Positions 53,146 through 61,917 of a DNA stretch of 64,000 nucleotides are shown here, piece by piece. Both the position numbers and the translations under genes were made by a program. Position 1 is the first letter of the stretch. Every line of letters begins with the position of its first letter. This stretch comes from a virus. Location of the stretch: the IMG/VR virus record IMGVR_UViG_3300046513_000221, positions 1 to 64,000 of that record; one strand, given 5' to 3'. Under the pieces are notes generated by a model, which saw nothing but the letters and a program-made list of their open reading frames with translations, made no database searches and was not told the DNA's origin.

Positions 53146-53157
53146 GTATATATAATA
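53146..53157 (+). promoter_or_regulatory. AT-rich promoter-like motif (TATATATAATAT) upstream of the DNA polymerase C-fragment gene
   Basis: 55 nt upstream of the 53212 ATG in a divergent intergenic region. Confidence 0.3.
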
Positions 53158-53211
53158 TGGATGTATGAGTTAGAAGCATCCTCGAATGAATTTTGAAAGG
53201 AAGGTTAGTGT

Positions 53212-55176
53212 ATGAGCGGAGTCTACCATGACAAATATTTCGAGACGCTGGAACGGCGTCTCAGCCTCGTCTGCGGCGAACTCAGCGACGAGGATCGTGC
53301 AAAGCTCCGGGAGCGCATCTGGGCGATGCGCAAGCCAATCGAACTGACGATCGAAAACAACTACAAAGACACATGGATCGATACCAACTCGGAAGAGATC
53401 CTCAACATCATCTACGACAAGAAGCCGAACATCTCCGGCTATGGCGTACTGTTCAACCACAAGCCGAACATCCCCGGTCGCGTTCTGGACTTCCTGCTGA
53501 AGGAACGTAAGGTCAAGAAGAACAAGATGTTCGACCACCTGAACGACGACGACAAGACCATGTACAACAAGCTGGACGTGGAGCAGAAGGTGCTCAAGGT
53601 TCTGGCGAATGCGTACTACGGTGCGTTCGGTCAGCGTTCGTTCCACTTCTTCAATCCGTTCCTTGGTCCATCAGTGACCTACACGGGTCAGCACATCATT
53701 CTGAGCGCGATTCTCGGCTTCGAATCGTTCATGTCGGACAACTTCGCGTTCTTCACGTTCGACCAGCTGCTGAAGTACGTGGACAACATCACTCAGGAGT
53801 TCGACGCCGAGCTGACGGCTCTGGACGAGAAGGTCACCGTCGAGCAGGTGTACGCTCGTCTGTCCGGCAAGTGCAACTTCGAGCTGACCGAGGAGCAGCA
53901 GATGGTGCTGGGCGGCGTCCTCGATGACATGCCTTACACCCAGCTGGAGCGTCTGTTCCTCAAGAACAACCTGTTCTTCCTGCTGCGTAACTCCACGGAG
54001 GTGCGTGACATCTTCGGTGAGTGCTTCAGTTCGGAATTCCTCGATCCAGACCATCCTCCGAAGGAGATCGCTGAGAACGTCGAGGCACTGAACGAGTACT
54101 TCAGCTACTTCGTCTCCTATCCGTACCAGTGGGACGACAAGTACGAGACTGCGCAGAATATCAAACGCAAAACCGTGCTGATCTCCGACACGGACTCCAC
54201 ATTCCTCAATATGGATCCTGCCGTCAAGTGGTACGAGGAAACGTTTGGTGTCAAGCTTGATAAAGTGGGCAAGATCAACGTCTGCAACATCATGGTATAC
54301 AACGTTACGAAGTTCATCGAGAAGGTGTTCTACCAGCTTACGACGAACCTGAACGTGAAGGAGAACATGCGTTCGAAGATCAATATGAAATCCGAGTTCA
54401 ACTTCTCCCGGATCATCTTGACTAAGAACAAGAAGCAGTATGCAGGTCAGATCGTTCTACAAGAAGGCAAGCTGCTCGGTAAGCCCAAGTTCGCGGTCGT
54501 CGGCCTGTCAATCAAGAAGGTCGGTACTCCTAAGATCGCTCGCAAGCGGTTCAATGACATTCTCGAAAAGGACATGTTGTTGGCCGACGTCATCGATCCG
54601 CTGGTACCGTTCATGAAGTTCATGGAGTTCGAGCGCGACATCAACAACTCGCTCCGGGCCGGTGAGTCGAGCTTCCTGAAACCGGCGCGCTTCACCGCTG
54701 AACGCGCCTACAAGAAGCCATTCACTCAGCAGACCGTTCGCGGCGTACGCCTCTGGAATGCTATCTTCCCCAACAGGAAGATCCCTAACTTCACCTCCGT
54801 CAATATGCTGAAGCTGCGTAAGTACTCGCTGCCGAAGTTCGAAGTGGACAAGGATGGCGAACCGGTAGAGAACGTCAACAAGGAAGTCGACATTCTGGAA
54901 TTCATGGAGGAGATTGCTAAGCTGAATCTCGCCGAGAATATTCTGGAGGGCATCGCCGAGTTCATCCAGACCCCGGAGATCGGCAACTACGGCATCGACG
55001 TGATCGCCATTCCGAAGGACATCGACCAGTTCCCGGAGGAGCTGGTTCCTCTGGCCGACATCAGTTCCATCATCAACGACAACATGAAGAATGGTAACAT
55101 CCTTCTGGAGTCCATTGGGTTCAAGGTAATCAAGAGCCTGAAGTACGATACGGTGAGTAACATCATCGAGATCTAA
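53212..55176 (+). CDS. family-B DNA polymerase, C-terminal part (motifs B and C, thumb; 654 aa)
   Basis: Motif B KVLANAYYGAFG (KxxxNSxYG); motif C LISDTDSTF (DTDS); GAAAGGAAGG RBS. Confidence 0.75.
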   Translation: MSGVYHDKYFETLERRLSLVCGELSDEDRAKLRERIWAMRKPIELTIENNYKDTWIDTNSEEILNIIYDKKPNISGYGVLFNHKPNIPGRVLDFLLKERKVKKNKMFDHLNDDDKTMYNKLDVEQKVLKVLANAYYGAFGQRSFHFFNPFLGPSVTYTGQHIILSAILGFESFMSDNFAFFTFDQLLKYVDNITQEFDAELTALDEKVTVEQVYARLSGKCNFELTEEQQMVLGGVLDDMPYTQLERLFLKNNLFFLLRNSTEVRDIFGECFSSEFLDPDHPPKEIAENVEALNEYFSYFVSYPYQWDDKYETAQNIKRKTVLISDTDSTFLNMDPAVKWYEETFGVKLDKVGKINVCNIMVYNVTKFIEKVFYQLTTNLNVKENMRSKINMKSEFNFSRIILTKNKKQYAGQIVLQEGKLLGKPKFAVVGLSIKKVGTPKIARKRFNDILEKDMLLADVIDPLVPFMKFMEFERDINNSLRAGESSFLKPARFTAERAYKKPFTQQTVRGVRLWNAIFPNRKIPNFTSVNMLKLRKYSLPKFEVDKDGEPVENVNKEVDILEFMEEIAKLNLAENILEGIAEFIQTPEIGNYGIDVIAIPKDIDQFPEELVPLADISSIINDNMKNGNILLESIGFKVIKSLKYDTVSNIIEI

Positions 55177-55181
55177 CCGTC

Positions 55182-55220
55182 AGGGAGGGGCTTCGGCCTC
55201 TCCCTTTCTTTTTTTTTTTA
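55182..55220 (+). terminator. terminator AGGGAGGGGC-UUCG-GCCTCTCCCT + T15
   Basis: 10-bp stem, UUCG tetraloop, very long T-run. Confidence 0.8.
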
Positions 55221-55236
55221 TGACAGAAAACTAAAA

Positions 55237-55674
55237 ATGAACCAAGTCACAGTAATCAATCCCGACCTGTCCAACATCGATCTGGTCGCGGACCAAGCAA
55301 ACAGAATCAAGATCAGCGCTATGGTCACCTACTTCGAGACCGACGAGGGAAAGATTCTGTTACAGGAACTCAACGCCAAGAAGTTCGAATACGTCCTCGT
55401 CAACGAGGCGGAGACGAATCTGGTTGATCCGACCTTCGAGGGTAACATCGTGAACTCCGCCATCAACGTTATCACGGATGGCGAGACTTCCATGTACTCC
55501 CTCATGCAGGAGCCGGATCGCAACAAGATCGTCAGGATCTACTTCCTGCCCTACGCTACAACCTCGTCGGTCTTCCGGGAGTTCATCGACGAGTACCTGT
55601 CCGATGATGGTCTGGACGACGAGGATGAGATCTACACGCCTCCCTACATGGTCGAAGGCAAGTACCTGAACTAA
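55237..55674 (+). CDS. hypothetical acidic protein (145 aa)
   Basis: ATG verified. Confidence 0.5.
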   Translation: MNQVTVINPDLSNIDLVADQANRIKISAMVTYFETDEGKILLQELNAKKFEYVLVNEAETNLVDPTFEGNIVNSAINVITDGETSMYSLMQEPDRNKIVRIYFLPYATTSSVFREFIDEYLSDDGLDDEDEIYTPPYMVEGKYLN

Positions 55675-55679
55675 ACGAA

Positions 55680-55716
55680 AACCGGGATGAGCTCACTTTG
55701 GCTCATCCCGGTTTAA
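55680..55716 (+). terminator. terminator AACCGGGATGAGC-N7-GCTCATCCCGGTT
   Basis: 13-bp stem after 55237..55674; weak T-tail. Confidence 0.5.
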
Positions 55717-55781
55717 TACTCTACCTATCGATTTACGGCCATCAGCCAACATAAGAATAACCTAATTCCAATGGAATACCT

Positions 55782-56294
55782 ATGCAAAACGTATCCGAAC
55801 TGAAGGGAACCTTCGATCGGCTTCCGGTATCAACAGGCAACTACTCCCTCTACGAGCGGCTGCTAGCTCTCGACCAGAGCGTCTTCAAGCCTCTGATGGA
55901 AGAGATCCTCGCCGGAAGACTGGATATCGAGGATACCCGCCCTCTCTTCAACGTAAACATCCGGGAGATCGTCAGCGCCGCTGAGAAGATCTCGACCAAC
56001 AAGATCATTCAGACGCCAGATGACCTGCGCCGGAACCTTGTCAACCGCGTTTTCAGTCCCAACGATGTGATCAAGGAAGTGACTCTTCCAAGAATCGACA
56101 TCATGGATCTCAAGATGCAGATCTCGGAGCAGTACACCGCTAAGACCGGTGACGTACTGACCGACGCCCAGATGCAAGTCATCCTCGTGGCCGTAGACCT
56201 GACGAGAGACATCTCCGCTACAAGCGGTAGCTCGAAGGAAGAACAGCAGATCTACGTCAACGCAATGTCAGCCAAACCACTTACGGAGTTCTAA
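55782..56294 (+). CDS. hypothetical protein (170 aa)
   Basis: ATG verified. Confidence 0.5.
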   Translation: MQNVSELKGTFDRLPVSTGNYSLYERLLALDQSVFKPLMEEILAGRLDIEDTRPLFNVNIREIVSAAEKISTNKIIQTPDDLRRNLVNRVFSPNDVIKEVTLPRIDIMDLKMQISEQYTAKTGDVLTDAQMQVILVAVDLTRDISATSGSSKEEQQIYVNAMSAKPLTEF

Positions 56295-57338
56295 ATGTCC
56301 GCAGAATTACTCATCACCCAGAACGAACTCGATCAGTACCTCGCCGGTCTCGATCTGAGTACGGCCCTGAACAACCGCGTCTTCAACGCCATCCAGCTCC
56401 TAACGGCGTCGCTGTACAACGATACACTGTACTACCTTGTCATCGGCAAGCTGACGCCGGAGCGTCTGGACACGATCCCGATCAACAATGCTTCCATCAA
56501 GGTATTGCTGGACAGCCTGTCCGGTGCCGACGAGAGCGTCCTCGCACGCAAGCGTGTGTACGAGAAGTTCCATGATGATCTGCCGCTGTATCGCGGATTC
56601 ATCAAGAAAATGAATCAGACCTCGCCGCAGTTCTTCTTCCGTATGCAGCAGCCCAACACGAACTTCATCACGGAGCTGACCCTCGACAAGACGGGTCTTG
56701 ACCCGACGAAGTTTACCGGTCTCTTCGAGACCAAGACCAAGTACAACCAGATCATCGCCCAGACTCGCCTGAGTGCCGAGTACGTGGAGCTGGCCGCTTA
56801 CGCCCAGACCCACAGCTTCTCCCGGCTCCTGACCTTGATCGAGAACGAGCTGAACGCCTTCCGGCTGATTACCGTCGTGAACACCTCTGTTCAGAGTCAG
56901 ATTCCCGCTGACACCAGTCTGCTCGGGTACATCCTGCGCGGCGTGTTCACGGATCCTTTCCGCGTCGGTTTCATCGACAACATCAACTACGCGCTGATGC
57001 GCATGGTGGACAAGTACGATCAGGACACGTCGAAGACGGGGGTTGTCGGTATCAAGAACGCATGGTTGACGGACACTTGGGAGAATGTGTTCCTCTCACA
57101 AACCAGTGCCGAATTCATTGAGAAATTGGGTCGTACGTCGTACATCCGCTACGTACTTCCCAATGTCTACGGAACGGTCTACTTCACCCCCGACGAGATC
57201 GCGGCCGAATCCGCTGCGCACAGTACGATCATTTCCGGCGTGGAGACATCCAGTGGCGTGATGGATTTGGCTTACAAGTACCTGATAAAGGTGGTGATCC
57301 AGATCCGCCTCAACATGACACCGCTGTCGGTCATCTAA
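56295..57338 (+). CDS. hypothetical protein (347 aa)
   Basis: TAAATG stop-start junction with the previous gene. Confidence 0.55.
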   Translation: MSAELLITQNELDQYLAGLDLSTALNNRVFNAIQLLTASLYNDTLYYLVIGKLTPERLDTIPINNASIKVLLDSLSGADESVLARKRVYEKFHDDLPLYRGFIKKMNQTSPQFFFRMQQPNTNFITELTLDKTGLDPTKFTGLFETKTKYNQIIAQTRLSAEYVELAAYAQTHSFSRLLTLIENELNAFRLITVVNTSVQSQIPADTSLLGYILRGVFTDPFRVGFIDNINYALMRMVDKYDQDTSKTGVVGIKNAWLTDTWENVFLSQTSAEFIEKLGRTSYIRYVLPNVYGTVYFTPDEIAAESAAHSTIISGVETSSGVMDLAYKYLIKVVIQIRLNMTPLSVI

Positions 57339-57348
57339 GGAGAAAAGA

Positions 57349-58410
57349 ATGACTTTAACCAAAGAGCAACTGCGGGCTTTCGTGGACGATCAGATCAACT
57401 CCCGGAACTTCCTGCTGTTCGCTAAGCTGCTCAACATCGGCAACCAGACGAACTTCCAGCGCGTAGTGGAGCTGCTGTACAACAACCAGATCAACTACTT
57501 CATGCTGAATGATCTGAGGATCATCGACGACCAGAGCATCTCGAACTTCCTCGCTCAGTACGATCTGAACGCCAACCCGACCATCCTGTTCGCCGCCGGG
57601 AACGGCGTCTTCATCGCGGAGCGGTGGCTTTCGGGACGGTTCGACGGCAAGGCCTTCGACTACATCAACGATGTCATCACCGCATTCAACTCCGGTGCGA
57701 ACGACAACTACCTCAACGATCGCAAGTACGTCCAGATCAAGCGTCCGGCTGTGCTGGTCGGGGATAAGGACTTCCGCTCTTACAGTTCCGATGTGGAGCT
57801 GCGAAACTCGTTCCATGAGAAGGTGGTCCTCCCACTGCTGGCGAAGTACGGCGTGACTGACATCCGCCAGCTGTTCCCCCTCAGCGCGGCTTATCCGGTC
57901 ACATCGCCGTTCCCGACCTCGATTCAGGGCAAGTACGAGTCGATCTTCGGCAGTATCCTGCCCTACCTGAACAACGCCGACCTCATCCGCGTCTTCCTGA
58001 CGGTGAACGACGATAGCTCGATGCTCGACCGCTTCCTCGTCGAGATGACTGAGATCAGTAACTTCCAGACCGTCAGCGAATCGACCATGAGCACCCACAG
58101 GTTCCACCTGTTTGAGCTCTCCGCGATCCAGCGTCCCTACAACGACGTGGAGACTAGCCTTCAGGAGCGGAACCTGCACGAGTTCCGTTTTCCTGTGGCT
58201 AAACTCTCGGAGAACTTCTCGCAAATGATGTACAGTGCAGAGTTGGTGCGACTGGCGAAGGCATACGGCGGTGACGCCGAGTACTTCAATAGCTACATCG
58301 CAGATCTGAAGGGGTTGGCTGCAACTATCATGAAATTCAATGAGTTTGCGAAGGATGTGTACGCTAACATCTTAAATAGTATTAAACTAATCAACTCGAA
58401 CGGAAATTAG
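57349..58410 (+). CDS. hypothetical protein (353 aa)
   Basis: AAGGAGAAAAG RBS. Confidence 0.55.
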   Translation: MTLTKEQLRAFVDDQINSRNFLLFAKLLNIGNQTNFQRVVELLYNNQINYFMLNDLRIIDDQSISNFLAQYDLNANPTILFAAGNGVFIAERWLSGRFDGKAFDYINDVITAFNSGANDNYLNDRKYVQIKRPAVLVGDKDFRSYSSDVELRNSFHEKVVLPLLAKYGVTDIRQLFPLSAAYPVTSPFPTSIQGKYESIFGSILPYLNNADLIRVFLTVNDDSSMLDRFLVEMTEISNFQTVSESTMSTHRFHLFELSAIQRPYNDVETSLQERNLHEFRFPVAKLSENFSQMMYSAELVRLAKAYGGDAEYFNSYIADLKGLAATIMKFNEFAKDVYANILNSIKLINSNGN

Positions 58411-58415
58411 TTGCA

Positions 58416-60878
58416 ATGAAAAAGAATTCGGACCAAAAACTGAAGGTCAGCGCAAGCGCCGTCAAGGCCTTGGAGTCGCTCTCGAAGAGCAACAACAAGC
58501 TTTTGACCGCGCAGGACGGTATCCCTGATATCATGCTCAACGCCGGTTCCAAGACCGAGCGGCTGGGCAAGAACCTCAACTCCGTCATCGCCAGAGCCTA
58601 TAACAACTTCGTGGGACTGGGACAGGACGTCAACGCCCATGAGGTGAACCAACTGCTGGCGCTCTCGAAACGTAAGGGCGACAAGCGTTCCACCAACGTG
58701 AAGAAGCAGCTGGAGGATTTCAAGAAATCCGTCGGCACCAACGACCAAGCCGCGATGCTCGTGCAGCAACGCAAGACCTACAAGGCTAGTCTCTACAGCT
58801 CTTACGACCTCATCCTCAACATCATCCCCAAGATGAAGCTGGCAGTCAACACGATCGCCAACAGCATCATCTCTCCGGACGACTTCAGCAAGCACAGCTT
58901 CGCCTCGATGTTCAACGAGACCCGGATGAGCAAGGAGAACATCGATGTGACCAAGGAGCGGGTCAAGGATCTGCTCAAGAAGCACAAGATCGAGGACGAG
59001 CTGAAGGCCGATGTGGTTGACGCACTCGTCAAGGGCGAGAAGTTCTTCGCCGTCCTTTCCATGAACGACGAGATCAAGTCGCTCCTGAAGGAGAATGCCG
59101 ACACCGAGAAGGATGGTGGCTACGAGACCCTCAAGGGTTCCTGCGGCTCCATGCTCAACGAGGCGGCAATGCATCGCGACGAGGGCTACATGGTCGAGGA
59201 AGGCCTCGCCCTCTTCAGCGAGAGCAAGGACGAGAAAGATCAGACCAAGGTCGCCGAGAAGCGCAAGAAGTTCGTGGACGACCTCGACGAGTTCCTGCAC
59301 GAGAACCTGATCATCGGCGACAGCAAGAACTTCCTCGCAGAGCATCTGGAGCAGGAAACCGAACTCAACGAGAGCGCGATCTTCCAGCGCTACAGCCAGA
59401 ACGCAAATGACACGCCAGAGAAGACGGATACTACTTCCGGCCTCGACGGTCTGCGTCTCAGCACCGACAGCGCAGTGCTGAAGCGTCTGGATGCCGACAA
59501 CGTGGTCAAACTGGAGTACGATGGTCGTACCTACGGCTATATCTACCTCGATGTGGTCAAGTCAGACAAGAACGACAAGACCACCAAGCCGGGTGCCGCA
59601 AGCAGCTCCGGTGGCATGATGGCGGGTAACTCCAACAGCGTGACCTCGTCGATTCAGGGTGTCCTGTACTCGGCCAACGATGTCGATCGCGGCATCAACA
59701 ATACCGGTCAAAAATCCGGTCAGGTTCTGAACGATCCGAAGCTGGCGTTCATCGCCGATGCCTTCGTGAATCGTCTGAGCCAGAAGGAAAACATCCGTCT
59801 GATCCGGAAGAACGAGCAGCTGAAATACATGATCTACCATTCGCTGATCACGAAGCGGATCACGAAGGACGAGAAGATGCGCATCATCTTCTTCTCGGCG
59901 AATGAAGTCGTTCACATCGACCGCAAAGAATCGATCTTCGACAACATTCTCTTCTTCGCGAAGATGTACATCGCGACCCTGATCACCATTCTGATGCAGA
60001 ACATCGTACGCGGCGCAGACAAGCGCGCCTACTACATCGACATCGGCTTGGAGAACGACGCCGCCAACGCGGTGAACGACGTGATCCGGAGCGTGAAGGC
60101 CAAGGACATCGCTAACCTCCACAACATGGACATCGGTTCCGTGCTGAACGTCCTCGGCGAGTTCAACGACTACTACATGCCGACCATCGACGGCGAGAAG
60201 CCTATCACGATGGAGACGATCGAGGGTCTGAGCAACGTATCGCTCGACAACGATTTCCTCAACTGGCTGTCCAACAATATCTTCTCCGGTATCGGTCTGC
60301 CATCGGCGTACCTGACCGAAGTCGAGAACGTGGACTTCGCCAAGACGCTGGGTATGCAGTCGGCACGCTTCATCCGCGACATCATCGCGGAGCAGATCAT
60401 CTTCGGCAAGGGCTACTCCGAGTTGCTGCAGAAGCTGTACCTGATCGAGCACGGCGACCCTCGCAAGAAGGCCGCTGCTGCCAAGTCGGACGGCTCGACC
60501 CCGGAAGATGGAAAGAAGAGCAAGGAGAAAGACGACGATGTGCTGTTGGACATTGAGTCCCTCTGCGTCAAGTTCCCCTCCCCGGTCAGTCTCAACATGA
60601 CCAACCTGAACGACCAGCTGAACAACCTCAACATGCTCGTCGAGACCCTCGGCGACATCATCGATGTACCGGAGGCCGACAAGGCCATCGGTCAGACCGC
60701 ATTCAAGCGAGAAATGTACAAGAAATTCTTGTCCAACCTCGACTGGGAAGCGGTGGAGGAGATCATGAAGAAGGTCCAGCAGGAGGTGATCAAATCTAAG
60801 CTGAATCCGGCTAATGCCCCGGCAGATGCAGCTCCACCTGCGGGAGCGGACGACGGCAGCGAAGACGACGCACCATAA
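58416..60878 (+). CDS. large structural-module protein, possibly portal (820 aa)
   Basis: Size, acidic Ala/Pro/Asp-rich C-terminal tail, position before the sheath/tube genes and near the capsid gene. Function not verified. Confidence 0.6.
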   Translation: MKKNSDQKLKVSASAVKALESLSKSNNKLLTAQDGIPDIMLNAGSKTERLGKNLNSVIARAYNNFVGLGQDVNAHEVNQLLALSKRKGDKRSTNVKKQLEDFKKSVGTNDQAAMLVQQRKTYKASLYSSYDLILNIIPKMKLAVNTIANSIISPDDFSKHSFASMFNETRMSKENIDVTKERVKDLLKKHKIEDELKADVVDALVKGEKFFAVLSMNDEIKSLLKENADTEKDGGYETLKGSCGSMLNEAAMHRDEGYMVEEGLALFSESKDEKDQTKVAEKRKKFVDDLDEFLHENLIIGDSKNFLAEHLEQETELNESAIFQRYSQNANDTPEKTDTTSGLDGLRLSTDSAVLKRLDADNVVKLEYDGRTYGYIYLDVVKSDKNDKTTKPGAASSSGGMMAGNSNSVTSSIQGVLYSANDVDRGINNTGQKSGQVLNDPKLAFIADAFVNRLSQKENIRLIRKNEQLKYMIYHSLITKRITKDEKMRIIFFSANEVVHIDRKESIFDNILFFAKMYIATLITILMQNIVRGADKRAYYIDIGLENDAANAVNDVIRSVKAKDIANLHNMDIGSVLNVLGEFNDYYMPTIDGEKPITMETIEGLSNVSLDNDFLNWLSNNIFSGIGLPSAYLTEVENVDFAKTLGMQSARFIRDIIAEQIIFGKGYSELLQKLYLIEHGDPRKKAAAAKSDGSTPEDGKKSKEKDDDVLLDIESLCVKFPSPVSLNMTNLNDQLNNLNMLVETLGDIIDVPEADKAIGQTAFKREMYKKFLSNLDWEAVEEIMKKVQQEVIKSKLNPANAPADAAPPAGADDGSEDDAP

Positions 60879-60892
60879 GAAGTAATGTAAAC

Positions 60893-60926
60893 CCCCATAG
60901 ACCGATTAAGGTCTATGGGGATTCTT
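60893..60926 (+). terminator. terminator CCCCATAGACC-N6-GGTCTATGGGG
   Basis: 11-bp stem 15 nt after the stop. Confidence 0.65.
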
Positions 60927-61075
60927 ACACAAGCTTACGTCCATCGTCAGCATTTTTAGCGCGGAGGCTACAGGTCGATGCGCAAGGCTTCCTCTAAGGA
61001 GCAACAGGTTGGGCGCAGACGCTGCGAGTCCACCGCGACAGGGACTATAGGTATGTTAGGAACTGAAACTGAAGA

Positions 61076-61104
61076 GCCAATAGACCCCGGAGGATCTATT
61101 GGCT
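61076..61104 (-). terminator. terminator hairpin GCCAATAGA-N11-TCTATTGGC for the convergent minus-strand gene
   Basis: 9-bp stem 10 nt after the stop of 61115..61897. Confidence 0.45.
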
Positions 61105-61114
61105 TTCAGTCCGA

Positions 61115-61897
61115 TTAGGCCGAAGGGACCGAGGTTGCTACCTCGCTCATGTTCAGGTAATCGTTCTCGTTGTAGAACTTGTAGGTGGACGACTGCGACA
61201 TCTGGGAAGCTGCGAATTTCTCCACAGCGCCGCCGATGTTCATGTAACCCTTGAAGTCCTGTGTCGGCTCGGCGAACTCATGCGAACCCGATTCGAAGTT
61301 GAAGTGGTCCAGGATGATCTTCGTCGGCATGACGTTGGTGTACAGCGCAGCGAACTCGATGTTCGAGCCGTCCGGGCCGTTGCCGAAGTTGTCGGCGTCG
61401 GGACGCGTGACAACGTACAGCAGAATGCCGGTGTGGTTCGACGAGTGGTACGCCAGACCCGATTTCTTCGGATAGGTAGCGATACCCGTCTTCGGATCAC
61501 GGATGCCGGAAACCCACTCGTTGTAGTACTTGGTCTCAGGCGAGCCGGACTTTTCCTGATACTTCAGGGAGAAGCCTTCGGCCTTCTGGACGGTACCCTT
61601 CGCGTGCGAGGTCTCGTTGTTGGTGAAGCCCGACGTGATAGCGCCGGTATCCATCGTCATGTCGCTCAGGCCCGACAGAGCCTTGAAGTTGCGCTCGGAC
61701 AGCTGCTTGAACTCGCGGCCCTCGTCGGTGCCGATCCATTTAGGGACTTTGATCCACTTGATGAATGCGTAACCGGAGACGTACGGGTCTTTGGTGTTTT
61801 CGCCGGTGGCGACGTAGCCGTTGAAGAACGACGCCAGACCGGGATCGACCTTGTGGCTGGTGAGCGAGGTGTCGCGCACCATGTTATCGTTTGCCAT
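61115..61897 (-). CDS. putative tail tube protein (260 aa)
   Basis: Size and position immediately downstream of the sheath-like gene; biased codon usage. Confidence 0.6.
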   Translation of the reverse strand: MANDNMVRDTSLTSHKVDPGLASFFNGYVATGENTKDPYVSGYAFIKWIKVPKWIGTDEGREFKQLSERNFKALSGLSDMTMDTGAITSGFTNNETSHAKGTVQKAEGFSLKYQEKSGSPETKYYNEWVSGIRDPKTGIATYPKKSGLAYHSSNHTGILLYVVTRPDADNFGNGPDGSNIEFAALYTNVMPTKIILDHFNFESGSHEFAEPTQDFKGYMNIGGAVEKFAASQMSQSSTYKFYNENDYLNMSEVATSVPSA

Positions 61898-61917
61898 TTC
61901 GATGACCTTTCTGCTGA

